This document shows positions 27,814 through 36,810 of a stretch of 64,000 nt of DNA, in pieces. Location of the stretch: assembly GCA_031556815.1 (NCBI GenBank), contig JAVBSI010000024.1:469-64468 (forward strand), read 5' to 3'. How positions within the stretch are numbered: the first letter of the stretch is position 1; the number at the start of each line of letters is the position of its first letter. Both the position numbers and the translations under genes were made by a program. The notes under the pieces are model-generated. The model saw only the letters and a program-made list of their open reading frames with translations, searched no databases and was not told the origin of the DNA. This stretch comes from Eubacteriales bacterium. Its GTDB lineage: Bacteria; Bacillota; Clostridia; Christensenellales; Aristaeellaceae.

Positions 27814-28227
27814 ATGGAACCCATCATTTTTCGGTTAAAACGGGGCGATGACCTGCTGGAAGGGATCCGGGCGGTTGCCCAGAAGCATGGGCTGACTGCC
27901 GCCTATGTAGGCTGCTGCGTGGGCTGTGTGACCCAGGCCTGCATCCGGGATGCCAGCGGCGTGACCGCTCGGCAAATCAATGAAAACATGGAAATCGTCA
28001 GCTTGACGGGAACCGTCAGCCAGACCCGTTGCCATCTCCATGTGGCTTTTGCCAAGCAGGACCTGTCCACCCATGGCGGGCATCTGCTGGAGGGTTGCAT
28101 CGTCAACACCACTGCGGAGATCGTACTGTGCCCTCTGCCAGGCTTTCGCTTTGGCGCAATTTTTGACGAAACTACAGGCTATCATGAGTTAGAGATACAC
28201 TTAGCATGCACTGATCCCCCGGTATAA
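27814..28227 (+). CDS. PPC/DUF296 domain protein
   Basis: 137 aa; FRLKRGDDLLEGI...LTGTVS...HLHVAF....GGHL....V..TAEIVL pattern of PPC (DUF296) proteins. Confidence 0.7.
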   Translation: MEPIIFRLKRGDDLLEGIRAVAQKHGLTAAYVGCCVGCVTQACIRDASGVTARQINENMEIVSLTGTVSQTRCHLHVAFAKQDLSTHGGHLLEGCIVNTTAEIVLCPLPGFRFGAIFDETTGYHELEIHLACTDPPV

Positions 28228-28271
28228 TTTTCTTCGTTCCTTGCTTTTTCCGCATTTCCAGCGGGTTTTTC

Positions 28272-28301
28272 TTGACAAGCCCTTGGAGCCTAGTGTATAC
28301 T
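28272..28301 (+). promoter_or_regulatory. Sigma-70-type promoter for tRNA-Trp (TTGACA-18 nt-TATACT)
   Basis: -35 at 28272-28277 and -10 at 28296-28301, 16 nt upstream of the tRNA 5' end. Confidence 0.5.
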
Positions 28302-28316
28302 GTGAAACGTGCTCCA

Positions 28317-28390
28317 AGGGGCATGGTGTAATGGTAACACGTGGGTCTCCAAAACCTTTGTTGAGGGTTCGAGTCCTTCTGCCCCTGCCA
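28317..28390 (+). tRNA. trnW: tRNA-Trp (anticodon CCA)
   Basis: Hand-folded cloverleaf: acceptor AGGGGCA/TGCCCCT, D-arm GTGT-AATGGTA-ACAC, anticodon loop CTCCAAA, T-arm GAGGG-TTCGAGT-CCTTC, discriminator G and an encoded CCA. Confidence 0.9.
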
Positions 28391-28602
28391 CAGGTGGCTT
28401 GTCTAGCTTCGTGCAGACGGGTCACTTTTTTATTGCGCTTTTCACCAATAAAAGCTACCTGCAAGCAGGTGACTTTAGATGCCTTTTCCCTGACTATCTC
28501 CATCTCCGCCGAACCATCGCCAACGCCTTCAACTCAGAAGGAATCATGCCCGATGATCGTCCATGGAAAGCTGCTGTAGACCCTTCGTTTACTGCCTTCG
28601 TT

Positions 28603-28962
28603 TTACAGACCCGCTCGTTGCACGATCTCCGGGATAGCCTCCAGCGCCACCCGCAGGTCCGCCTCATCTGTCAGGCCAATCTGCACACAGCCTTTGCCCT
28701 TTCCCGGGCTCTTCAGCTTCGGTTTCAGTTGCTGGATCATGTCAAAATCCATCGTATGCATGGAAACGTGGCCTTTTGCTCCCGAAAAGGCTATGTAATT
28801 TCGCTTTGCCCCGCTGCCTAGCTTATACGTCGGCATCTGAAAAGACACCACTTCCTCAAGGTCCGGGTAGTGTTTGCGCATGTAGTTTACCAATTCTAGG
28901 ACACGTGCCCTTGCCTCCTGGGGCATGGCTTGAATACTTTGATCCACGGCTTCACGTTTCAT
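28603..28962 (-). CDS. DUF1801 (YdhG-like) domain protein
   Basis: 119 aa from MKREAVDQSIQ...; the YKLGSGAKRNYIAFSGAKGHVSMH pattern resembles DUF1801. GAGGAGG RBS before the Met at 28962. Confidence 0.65.
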   Translation of the reverse strand: MKREAVDQSIQAMPQEARARVLELVNYMRKHYPDLEEVVSFQMPTYKLGSGAKRNYIAFSGAKGHVSMHTMDFDMIQQLKPKLKSPGKGKGCVQIGLTDEADLRVALEAIPEIVQRAGL

Positions 28963-29122
28963 TTTCTTTTCCTCCTCAAGTATCATAGGTTGGCTCCATC
29001 ATACTCCTTTTCACGTGCCAGCGCATACAAAAGGTGTTTCAACTGTCTTCCATTTGTCCAATACACAACATGGATAAATTCCCCCTCAGCAGACTACAAT
29101 AGAGGCAAAAGGAGGTATATAC

Positions 29123-29311
29123 ATGAAAGCTACCATCGATCGTGACGGATGCATCGGCTGTGGCCTTTGCTGCGACATCTGCCCGGAGGTTTTCCGCCTT
29201 GCGGACGACAACTTGGCAGAGATATATGCATCAATTACGGATAAAACCCTGGGCACGGCCAAAGAGGCGGAGCAAAGTTGCCCTGTCACAGTCATCCAGG
29301 TGGAGGTCTAA
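29123..29311 (+). CDS. Ferredoxin, single [4Fe-4S]/[3Fe-4S] cluster type
   Basis: 62 aa; CIGCGLCCDICP ... CP motif. AAAGGAGG RBS. Confidence 0.85.
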   Translation: MKATIDRDGCIGCGLCCDICPEVFRLADDNLAEIYASITDKTLGTAKEAEQSCPVTVIQVEV

Positions 29312-29372
29312 CCCTGCGTCCACGTTGGCCCATCCGCTGCACGTCGCCGGACACCCTGTGAACCTTTCCGTC

Positions 29373-29399
29373 ACAAGCCCCTTTAGGAAGGGGGCTTGT
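29373..29399 (+). terminator. Hairpin terminator between the ferredoxin gene and the convergent ABC gene
   Basis: ACAAGCCCC-loop-GGGGCTTGT followed by the T-rich TCTATTTGT. Confidence 0.55.
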
Positions 29400-29400
29400 T

Positions 29401-31155
29401 CTATTTGTCAGCGCTTGCAAACTGGCTTTGGTACAGCCTGGCATAGGGTCCGCCTTGCGCCAACAGCTTTCCATGAGTGCCTCGCTCAAGAATCCGCCCT
29501 TCCCCCATCATCAGGATTTGATCCGCATGTTGGATGGTGGATAGCCGGTGGGCCACCACAAAGCTGGTTCTTCCCTGCATCAGCTGATCAAACGCTGCTT
29601 GAACTTCCAGCTCCGTTCGGGTATCAATGGAAGAGGTTGCTTCGTCCAAAATCAACATGGGGGGCAGGGTCAGCATCACCCGGGTGATGCATAGCAGCTG
29701 CCTCTGCCCTTGAGAGAGGTTTCTGCCGTCCTCGCTGATGACCGTATCATATCCGTTGGGCAGCCGCTGAATAAAGCCATGGGCATGGGTACGCTTGGCG
29801 GCAGCCACCACTTCCTCCCCTGTGGCGTCCTCCTTGCCCATCGTGATATTGTCTTGGACGGTTCCGGTTTTCAGCCATGTATCTTGCAGCACCATACCAA
29901 AGGAGCGGCGCAGGCTAGCCCTAGTGATGCCCTGGATGTTTCGTCCGCTGACCAGGACAGCGCCGCTGTCCACATCATAAAAGCGCATCAGCAAATTGAT
30001 CAAGGTAGTCTTGCCACAACCCGTGGGCCCTACAATGGCAATACGCTGCCCTTGTGCGGCCTCCAGAGAAAAACCCTCAATGAGCGGCCGGTCCTTGCGG
30101 TAGGAAAAACTCACATCTTGAAAAACGACGTTCCCCTCCGGCTGGGTCAGGCAAGCCGCGTTCGGAGCGTCCGGTTCCTCTGCGGGCGCCTGGATCAGTT
30201 CAAATACCCGGCGCGCACAAACCAACGCGTTTTGCAGCTCGGTCACCACGCCAGAGATTTCATTGAAGGGTCTGGTGTATTGGTTTGCATAGCTGAGAAA
30301 GCAAGCCAGCTGTCCCACGGTGATACCGCCGAAGGTAATGGCCACCATCGCGCCCGCTACGCCAACGCAAGCGAAAACCAGCGCATTTACAAAACGGGTA
30401 GAAGGATTGGTGATGGAGGATATAAAGATGGCCTCCCTGGAGCTTTCCTCCAATTGATCGTTGAGCTCATCAAAACGCTGCCGCACTTTTTCTTCCCTGC
30501 TAAAGGCGCGCACCACTTTTTGATGGCTCACCATTTCCTCCACAAAGGCGGTCTGTCGGCCTCGCGCTTGGCTTTGTCGGGCAAAAAGGGCATAGCTTCG
30601 CCTGGCAATGACCGCTGCCACCACCAGAGAGATGGGCGTGATTACCACCACAGCCATGGCAATTAGCGGCTGGAGGAGGAACATGATCACCAACGTTCCG
30701 ATAATGGTTAAAGTCGCGGAAAACAGCTGACTGAACCCCAGCAACAAGCCATCCGCAAACTGATCCACATCCGCGATGACACGGCTGACCCACTCACCGG
30801 TAGGGATTTGATCCAGGGCTGAAAGTGGAAGCCGTTGGATATGGGCAAAGGCATCGCAACGAACCTGCCGCACCACTTCCAGCGTCATACGGTTGTTGCA
30901 CAGCCCCATACCCCACTGAGCAATGGCGGCAATGGCCACCACCAGGGCCATTTGCAACAACAGTGGCGGCAATTGAGCCCATGCCACTTGACCTGGGCCC
31001 AGCATCAAGTCAATGGCCTGCCCCGTCAGCACCGGCACGTATAGGGCCGCGGCCACCGTCACCAAGCATAGCCCCAAGGACAGCCCCATCATCCCCCGAT
31101 ACCTTCGGATATAGCCGATCACCTGGCGCAACACGGCCCATTGTTCCTTGTTCAT
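29401..31155 (-). CDS. ABC exporter, fused permease/ATPase (heterodimer partner 2)
   Basis: 584 aa; six-TM domain plus NBD (GPTGCGKTT, LSQGQRQLLCITR, ILDEATS). Confidence 0.9.
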   Translation of the reverse strand: MNKEQWAVLRQVIGYIRRYRGMMGLSLGLCLVTVAAALYVPVLTGQAIDLMLGPGQVAWAQLPPLLLQMALVVAIAAIAQWGMGLCNNRMTLEVVRQVRCDAFAHIQRLPLSALDQIPTGEWVSRVIADVDQFADGLLLGFSQLFSATLTIIGTLVIMFLLQPLIAMAVVVITPISLVVAAVIARRSYALFARQSQARGRQTAFVEEMVSHQKVVRAFSREEKVRQRFDELNDQLEESSREAIFISSITNPSTRFVNALVFACVGVAGAMVAITFGGITVGQLACFLSYANQYTRPFNEISGVVTELQNALVCARRVFELIQAPAEEPDAPNAACLTQPEGNVVFQDVSFSYRKDRPLIEGFSLEAAQGQRIAIVGPTGCGKTTLINLLMRFYDVDSGAVLVSGRNIQGITRASLRRSFGMVLQDTWLKTGTVQDNITMGKEDATGEEVVAAAKRTHAHGFIQRLPNGYDTVISEDGRNLSQGQRQLLCITRVMLTLPPMLILDEATSSIDTRTELEVQAAFDQLMQGRTSFVVAHRLSTIQHADQILMMGEGRILERGTHGKLLAQGGPYARLYQSQFASADK

Positions 31156-32909
31156 GCGCCCACCTCCCCAGGATGTTGGGAGGCGAAGATCTCCCGATAT
31201 ACCTGAGATATGGATAGCAGCGCGCTATGGGTGCCGCTACCTACCAACCGGCCATCCTCCAGCACTAGAATCAAATCAGCACTACGGACCGTGGATACCC
31301 GCTGGGACACCACAAACACCATCACTTTCCCCTCCAGAGTTTGTAATGCCTGTCGCAAAGCTGCTTCTGTGGCAAAATCCAGTGAGGAAGCGCTGTCGTC
31401 CAGTATCAGAATGTCCGGCTTTTTTACCAGAGCGCGGGCAATGGTCAACCGCTGTCGTTGCCCACCGGAGAGATTGCGTCCTCCATGCTCCACCCACTCC
31501 TCCAAGCCTTGGGGTTTGCCCCGTACAACATCCGCTGCCTGGGCCATTTCCAAGGCCAACCATAACTCCTTCTCCGTTGCGTTTTCATTGCCCCACAGCA
31601 GGTTTTCCCGAATGCTGCCGGAAAATAGTGTGGCTTGTTGCGGCACCACAGCGATATGGGACCGTAATTCCGCAATGTCTTGGTCTCTTACATCCTGTCC
31701 ACCCACCCATACCACACCCTGGCTGGCGTCGTAGAACCTTGGAATCAGGTTGACCAAGGTGGTTTTGCCACTGCCTGTGCCGCCGATAACCCCCACCCTC
31801 TGCCCAGGCGTTACCTCAAAGCTGATATCGGTCAGCGCATCCGCCCCTGCGCCCGCATAGCACATGGAGACATGCTCAAAGGTGACAGCCTCATGGTGAC
31901 GCCCTTTTTGGTGGAAAGCAACCGCATCCCACAGGGAGATCCCCCGCTCCCTCGTCTCCATCTTGTCAGGCTGAATCTCCAACACTTGAGAAACCCGCCT
32001 GGCAGAGGCCACGCCTTTGGTAATGGTCAAGATCAAATTGGCCAGCTTAATGAGCTCCACCAGGATTTGCGATAGATAGTTCACCAACGCCACCACGCCG
32101 CCTTGGGTCAGCAACCCGCCGTCCACCCGCAGACCGCCGCTCCACATGAGCGCCAATAGCGCCACATTCACCAGCACATAGGTCATGGGGTTAAGCAGCG
32201 CGGAAATGCGCGACACCCTTATCTGCATTTGGGTGAGGCCGTCGTGTTCCTCCACAAAGTCCGCAATCTCGCCCTCCTCCTTGGCAAATGCGCGAATGAC
32301 ACGCACCCCGGTAAGGGTCTCCCTGGTGCGCAGCAGCACCTTGTCCAACCTTCCTTGAGCTTGTTCATAGCCTGGCAACGTCCATGCCATGATGGCCCAT
32401 ACCACCAGCCCCAGCAATGGGATCAGCGCCACAAAAATCAACGCCACACGGCCGTCCACAGCAAAGGCCATGCCCATCGCGCCAAACACCACGAAGGGCG
32501 AACGCAGCAATAGCCTCAGGGTCATGTTAACGCCGGTTTGCACCTGGTTGACATCCGTGGTGATGCGGGTGAGCAGCGTGGGTATGCCCACGCCATCCAA
32601 CTGAGTGTAGGAAAGCTGTTGAATCCGGACAAACAGAGCTTGCCTCAGCTTTGTGCTAAAGCCAACGGCCGCCTTCGCCGCATAATACTGCGCCACCAAC
32701 GACACCGCCAGCCCCACCCCGCCGCAAGTCAGCAACAAAAAACCCATCCGCAACACGTAGGGCACATCCCGCTGGGCAATGCCCCGATCAATCATGGCGG
32801 CCATCACCAGCGGCACCAGCAGCTCCAGCACCGCTTCCAACAGTTTGAACAGCGGGCTGATGATCGCTTCCTTGCGATACTCCTTTAGGTAAACCATCAG
32901 CTTTTTCAT
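31152..32909 (-). CDS. ABC exporter, fused permease/ATPase (heterodimer partner 1)
   Basis: From MKKLMVYLKEYRKE; NBD motifs GGTGSGKTT, LSGGQRQRLTIARAL and ILDDSAS. GGGAGGAACC RBS; 4-nt overlap with the downstream partner. Confidence 0.9.
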   Translation of the reverse strand: MKKLMVYLKEYRKEAIISPLFKLLEAVLELLVPLVMAAMIDRGIAQRDVPYVLRMGFLLLTCGGVGLAVSLVAQYYAAKAAVGFSTKLRQALFVRIQQLSYTQLDGVGIPTLLTRITTDVNQVQTGVNMTLRLLLRSPFVVFGAMGMAFAVDGRVALIFVALIPLLGLVVWAIMAWTLPGYEQAQGRLDKVLLRTRETLTGVRVIRAFAKEEGEIADFVEEHDGLTQMQIRVSRISALLNPMTYVLVNVALLALMWSGGLRVDGGLLTQGGVVALVNYLSQILVELIKLANLILTITKGVASARRVSQVLEIQPDKMETRERGISLWDAVAFHQKGRHHEAVTFEHVSMCYAGAGADALTDISFEVTPGQRVGVIGGTGSGKTTLVNLIPRFYDASQGVVWVGGQDVRDQDIAELRSHIAVVPQQATLFSGSIRENLLWGNENATEKELWLALEMAQAADVVRGKPQGLEEWVEHGGRNLSGGQRQRLTIARALVKKPDILILDDSASSLDFATEAALRQALQTLEGKVMVFVVSQRVSTVRSADLILVLEDGRLVGSGTHSALLSISQVYREIFASQHPGEVGA

Positions 32910-33025
32910 GGTTCCTCCCGGCATGGAAATACCCTTGTATTGTACCACATCCCAGGAAGAGAAAAAAGCAGAGGAGCTGCTGCCCATCTGCTCTCCTATG
33001 CTTTGAAACGATGTCCGCTTTTTTG

Positions 33026-33994
33026 CTATTCCCGGATGCCTTCCAAAAGACTGATCACTGCCAGCACTTGCTCCTTGGGCACCTTGTCGGAGGGCCTATT
33101 GTGGATGGCACAATCTACAAAATGAGTCAACTCCCGCAAAAAACTGCCCGTGGGCGGAAGGTTGATGCCGGTGGGGATCCTCACCTTGTCCTGGACTTCA
33201 TACACATGGGGTTCCTCCCCCATGCGGTAACCCATTATGGTTTGACCGTCATACATCAGTATGCCATTTTCAAAATAAACCCGCCAGCGGGCCGTAAAAG
33301 GAATCGGCGCGTTAAACCAGGCCGCCTCCGCACTGACATGCAAGTCCTCAAAATCATAGGTAAAGCGGTATTGCTCCTGATATGCCTTATCCTTGCCACC
33401 ACAGGAGGTATATCGTAGCCCCTTGGGATTACCAAACAGGCTTACAATCAAATCCAAATCATGGATATGCAAATCAAAAGGAATCCCACCGCTCAGGGTG
33501 CGATTCAGCAGCCAACTTCCCTGGTTCCACTGGGGGCAGGCGGAAAGCCTTTCAAAACAGCCATCCAAAGGCCGACCATATGCATGGTTTTTCACCAACT
33601 GGTGTAAGAGCTCCACCTCTGGGGCAAACTGTAGTACCTGCGCCACATAAAGCTGCACGCCTTGTTCCTGGGCAATGGCATACATATCCTGGGCATCTCG
33701 CAGCGTCAATGCAATGGGCTTTTCTGTAATCACATGCTTTTTCTGGGATAAGCCAGCCATCACCTGTTCTTTATGCAAAAAGGTGGGCGTACAAACATCC
33801 AGCAGATCGATGCTCTCCTGGGCCAACATGTCCGGTATTTGCTCATAAAGCGGGACGCCATACGCCTTTGCACGCTGGGCATCCTGATCGGTCTTGCCCA
33901 CTGCCGCCACCACGCGAGCTTCCTCCATATGCAGATAGTTGTTGTAATGCACAGTCCCCATGCCGCCTAAACCCACCAAACCAACTCGCAGCAT
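33026..33994 (-). CDS. Gfo/Idh/MocA-family NAD(P)-dependent oxidoreductase
   Basis: From MLRVGLVGLGGMGTVH (Rossmann GxGxxG) and the EKP motif (VITEKPIAL). AAGGAGG RBS. Confidence 0.85.
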   Translation of the reverse strand: MLRVGLVGLGGMGTVHYNNYLHMEEARVVAAVGKTDQDAQRAKAYGVPLYEQIPDMLAQESIDLLDVCTPTFLHKEQVMAGLSQKKHVITEKPIALTLRDAQDMYAIAQEQGVQLYVAQVLQFAPEVELLHQLVKNHAYGRPLDGCFERLSACPQWNQGSWLLNRTLSGGIPFDLHIHDLDLIVSLFGNPKGLRYTSCGGKDKAYQEQYRFTYDFEDLHVSAEAAWFNAPIPFTARWRVYFENGILMYDGQTIMGYRMGEEPHVYEVQDKVRIPTGINLPPTGSFLRELTHFVDCAIHNRPSDKVPKEQVLAVISLLEGIRE

Positions 33995-34218
33995 CCTTGG
34001 GCCTCCTTTAGTCGTTTGCATGAATGTTTTCTGTTTACTCTCTCACGGGCGCGCCAGAACCTTGATGCATCATAGCACGCCCCTTTGTAACTGTCAAGAA
34101 GGGGAGCGACACTGTCGTTTGTTGATGGAATATCCCATTTCAGATGATGATTTCCCCTTTGCATTCGCTTCTTATACAGTGAGCCCAAGGAGCCTATCCC
34201 ATCCCCAAAATGTATCCT

Positions 34219-34229
34219 TTACATTGTAA
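34219..34229. promoter_or_regulatory. Candidate LacI-type operator half-site palindrome TTACA-T-TGTAA
   Basis: Short palindrome in the divergent intergenic region between the oxidoreductase and the LacI-family gene. It resembles TGTAA/TTACA half-sites of LacI/GalR operators; weak. Confidence 0.25.
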
Positions 34230-34289
34230 GAACAAAATGCTACAATAATTTTATTATTAATGTCTACTATTTCACAAAGGAGCCTCTCC

Positions 34290-35288
34290 ATGCGAACCAA
34301 AAGCAATGAGCCCACCATTACGGATGTGGCGCGCCTAGCGGGCGTTTCCATTGCCACTGTAAGCCGTGTGCTCAACGCCAAGCCCATTGTGAATCGAAGC
34401 ACTCTTCATCGGGTGACCGCCGCCATGGATCAGCTGGGTTATCGCTATTCCGCGCCAACGGGGACCGCTGCCAACAGCCTGATCATCGTGGTGGTGCCCA
34501 CCTTGGATCACCCCTTTTATACCGAAATTGTACAAGGCATCCACGCTTCCTGCAAAAGCCACCATTATGATTATCTGATCCATGTTTGTATGGACGTGGA
34601 TTTTCAATACCCCAAGGTCATCGAGAGCCTCCACTCAGTACATGCCAGCGGGGTTCTCATGCTTTCCCCGGTCAGCGATCCGATGTCTTTGCAAGAAATC
34701 AACGCGGTTGCGCCCTTGGTGCAGTGCGTGGAATTCCACGAGAACTGCCCTCTGCCTTATGTAGGCGTGGACGACATATTGGCAACCCGCAATGCCATGG
34801 AACACCTGCTCAGCCATGGCCGCAGGCGCATCGCGCTGATGAATGGTTCGCTCAAATTCAAGTTTTCCCGCCACCGGTACATGGGCTATGCGGAAGCCTT
34901 GCGAAACGCGGGCATCACCATCGACCCCGACCTCGTATTAAATGTGAACGATATGGTATTTGACAATGCGCTCCAGCTATCCAGCCAGCTCTTACAGGCC
35001 AAGGAGCGGCCCGATGCAATTTTAGCCTCAACGGATGTGTTTGCGGCCGCAGCCATCAAGGCCGCCAGCACTGCCGGCGTATTGGTACCACAGGACCTTT
35101 CCATCGTCGGGTTTGACAATACCTATCTGTCTACCATCACCCATCCCTCCATCACAACCGTCACCATACCTCAGTTCCAATTGGGATATATGGCCAGTGA
35201 GATTTTAGCGGATCGGATTCTCAATCCCCTTGGAGAACATCAAAGCTTCTTGTTGAAAACCGAATTGGTTGTGCGAGAATCGGCATAG
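34290..35288 (+). CDS. LacI-family transcriptional regulator
   Basis: From MRTKSNEPTITDVARLAGVSIATVSRVLN (LacI HTH) plus a periplasmic-binding-like fold. AAAGGAG RBS. Confidence 0.85.
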   Translation: MRTKSNEPTITDVARLAGVSIATVSRVLNAKPIVNRSTLHRVTAAMDQLGYRYSAPTGTAANSLIIVVVPTLDHPFYTEIVQGIHASCKSHHYDYLIHVCMDVDFQYPKVIESLHSVHASGVLMLSPVSDPMSLQEINAVAPLVQCVEFHENCPLPYVGVDDILATRNAMEHLLSHGRRRIALMNGSLKFKFSRHRYMGYAEALRNAGITIDPDLVLNVNDMVFDNALQLSSQLLQAKERPDAILASTDVFAAAAIKAASTAGVLVPQDLSIVGFDNTYLSTITHPSITTVTIPQFQLGYMASEILADRILNPLGEHQSFLLKTELVVRESA

Positions 35289-35342
35289 CTATGGCTGGTT
35301 GCCAGCAAAGAGACCACCATCCATACGCTCGCTGCATTCCAC

Positions 35343-35383
35343 AAAAAATCGGGGCCGGGAGAAACGCTTCTCCCGACCCCGAT
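35343..35383 (-). terminator. Intrinsic terminator after the BIG2-domain gene (also closes the lacI-family gene)
   Basis: 16-bp stem ATCGGGG(T/C)CGGGAGAA with one mismatch, and a U-run on the minus strand (A6 on plus at 35343-35348). Confidence 0.8.
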
Positions 35384-35392
35384 TGAGATGGC

Positions 35393-36610
35393 TTAGGAAT
35401 TGGGGATCCAGTCCCAGTTATGCTGAGAAATATTGTACTCGTAGATCCTCTCGCCTTGATCGTTATCATATCCGGTGTCCGTGGTAAAGCCGGTGATGGC
35501 TAGCTGAAAGGTGTCCAAGGGAGGATAGTTGATCTTGTTTAGGAAGGTAAACAAGCCGTGCTGCGAATAATCTCCTGGTCCCAAGCCTTCGTCATAGGTC
35601 CCCACCATGTTGTTTTGTCTGCGGCTCATTTGGACCTGATTGCCATCCTTGTCATACCCCATGATCTGGTAACGCACTTGGGTGATGTTCATGTTGCTTA
35701 CATTTTTCAAAGTGATATGAGGCTTGCCGTTTCGGATGGTAAGCCCCGTCACTTTAATGGCTTGTCGCAAACTTCCGATGTTGGCCACCACCGATACCTG
35801 AAATCCCCCGTCCTCAGTGGCGCCCGTTACGGTGGTCTGCCCCCATTGCAAGCCGCTGATACGAAAGCGGTTAGTACTTCCACTTACAGTCGCGATGGAA
35901 GGGTCGGCCACAGTCCAGGTCATCGTATGGTTCGTGGCGTTTTTGGGTTCAAGGACAGCAGTAAAGGTTCCGTGATATTTGACCCCTACCCGGACCTGCG
36001 GAGTTTGAGAATGAACGCCCGTTACGGGCTGGGCAACTGTTAGGTTGATCTTGCCCCGCACATTGCTGCCATCCACCGCAGTGGCCACGATGGATACCTT
36101 GCCTGCTTTTACGCCCGTAACCACGCCCTGGTCGTCCACAGTCGCGATCTGCGGATCGGTGGACTTAAAAGTAACTTGTTGCACGGTGGTGTCCGTTGGC
36201 TCAAATGCTACGGACAGCGTCAGCGGACTTTCCCCCTCACGGAGGGTATCCGATGGAGCAGTGAGGCCGACTTTCTTGGCTGGGCGGACGACCATCACAG
36301 GGATTTGGATCTTGGTATCATCATATTTGCTTGCCACCGTCACACAACAGGTGCCCACCGCCACACCGGTTACACGGCCATGGCCATTGACCGTAGCGAT
36401 CTCTACATTGTCGCTTTCATAATTCACGCCCTTCGCCCGAGCCGCCCTGGGTGAAATATCCACCCGAATATCCGCTGTCTTTCCCACTGTCACATAGATG
36501 ATGTCTTTCTTGGGAACGAGCTGCGTATCTTGATCGGCAATCGCAGCCATGGAAAACACAACAACACATAAAAGCAGGCATATAGCAATCATAACCTTGC
36601 GACTTCTCAT
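35393..36610 (-). CDS. Secreted protein with three bacterial Ig-like (BIG2) domains and an unassigned C-terminal domain
   Basis: Signal/anchor MRSRKVMIAICLLLCVVVFSMAAIA. Repeated ...ATV...G.VTGV..G...VTA... BIG2 pattern. The Met at 36610 lies 8 nt after GAAGGAG. Confidence 0.7.
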   Translation of the reverse strand: MRSRKVMIAICLLLCVVVFSMAAIADQDTQLVPKKDIIYVTVGKTADIRVDISPRAARAKGVNYESDNVEIATVNGHGRVTGVAVGTCCVTVASKYDDTKIQIPVMVVRPAKKVGLTAPSDTLREGESPLTLSVAFEPTDTTVQQVTFKSTDPQIATVDDQGVVTGVKAGKVSIVATAVDGSNVRGKINLTVAQPVTGVHSQTPQVRVGVKYHGTFTAVLEPKNATNHTMTWTVADPSIATVSGSTNRFRISGLQWGQTTVTGATEDGGFQVSVVANIGSLRQAIKVTGLTIRNGKPHITLKNVSNMNITQVRYQIMGYDKDGNQVQMSRRQNNMVGTYDEGLGPGDYSQHGLFTFLNKINYPPLDTFQLAITGFTTDTGYDNDQGERIYEYNISQHNWDWIPNS

Positions 36611-36764
36611 GAACATGACTCCTTCATCCATAAAAAAATGGGATTCCATTTTTTACACTAAATTTTTCAGCATTTAGCATACTTCATTTTCCCTTTCCCG
36701 TCAAGTGATCCAGGATCAGGAAGCACGTTTGCCCATCCATCGTCCGCCAGTGGAGGATGCATAC

Positions 36765-36791
36765 AAAAACCGCCCCCGCAAGCGGGGGCGG
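36765..36791 (-). terminator. Intrinsic terminator after oppA
   Basis: CCGCCCCCGC-TT-GCGGGGGCGG plus a U5 run on the minus strand. Confidence 0.85.
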
Positions 36792-36810
36792 CCAGTCACG
36801 TTGGGTTGGC

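Noticed and set aside
28201-28821. ORFs 28309-28821 (+) and 28201-28503 (-) around the tRNA
   Set aside because: They overlap the tRNA-Trp gene and the antisense of the DUF1801 gene. They have no RBS and no protein-like pattern.
28317-29400. Possible integrated element at the tRNA-Trp 3' side
   Set aside because: I noticed no integrase or recombinase, no phage or transposon genes, and no direct repeat of the tRNA 3' end. The downstream genes are ordinary housekeeping-type.
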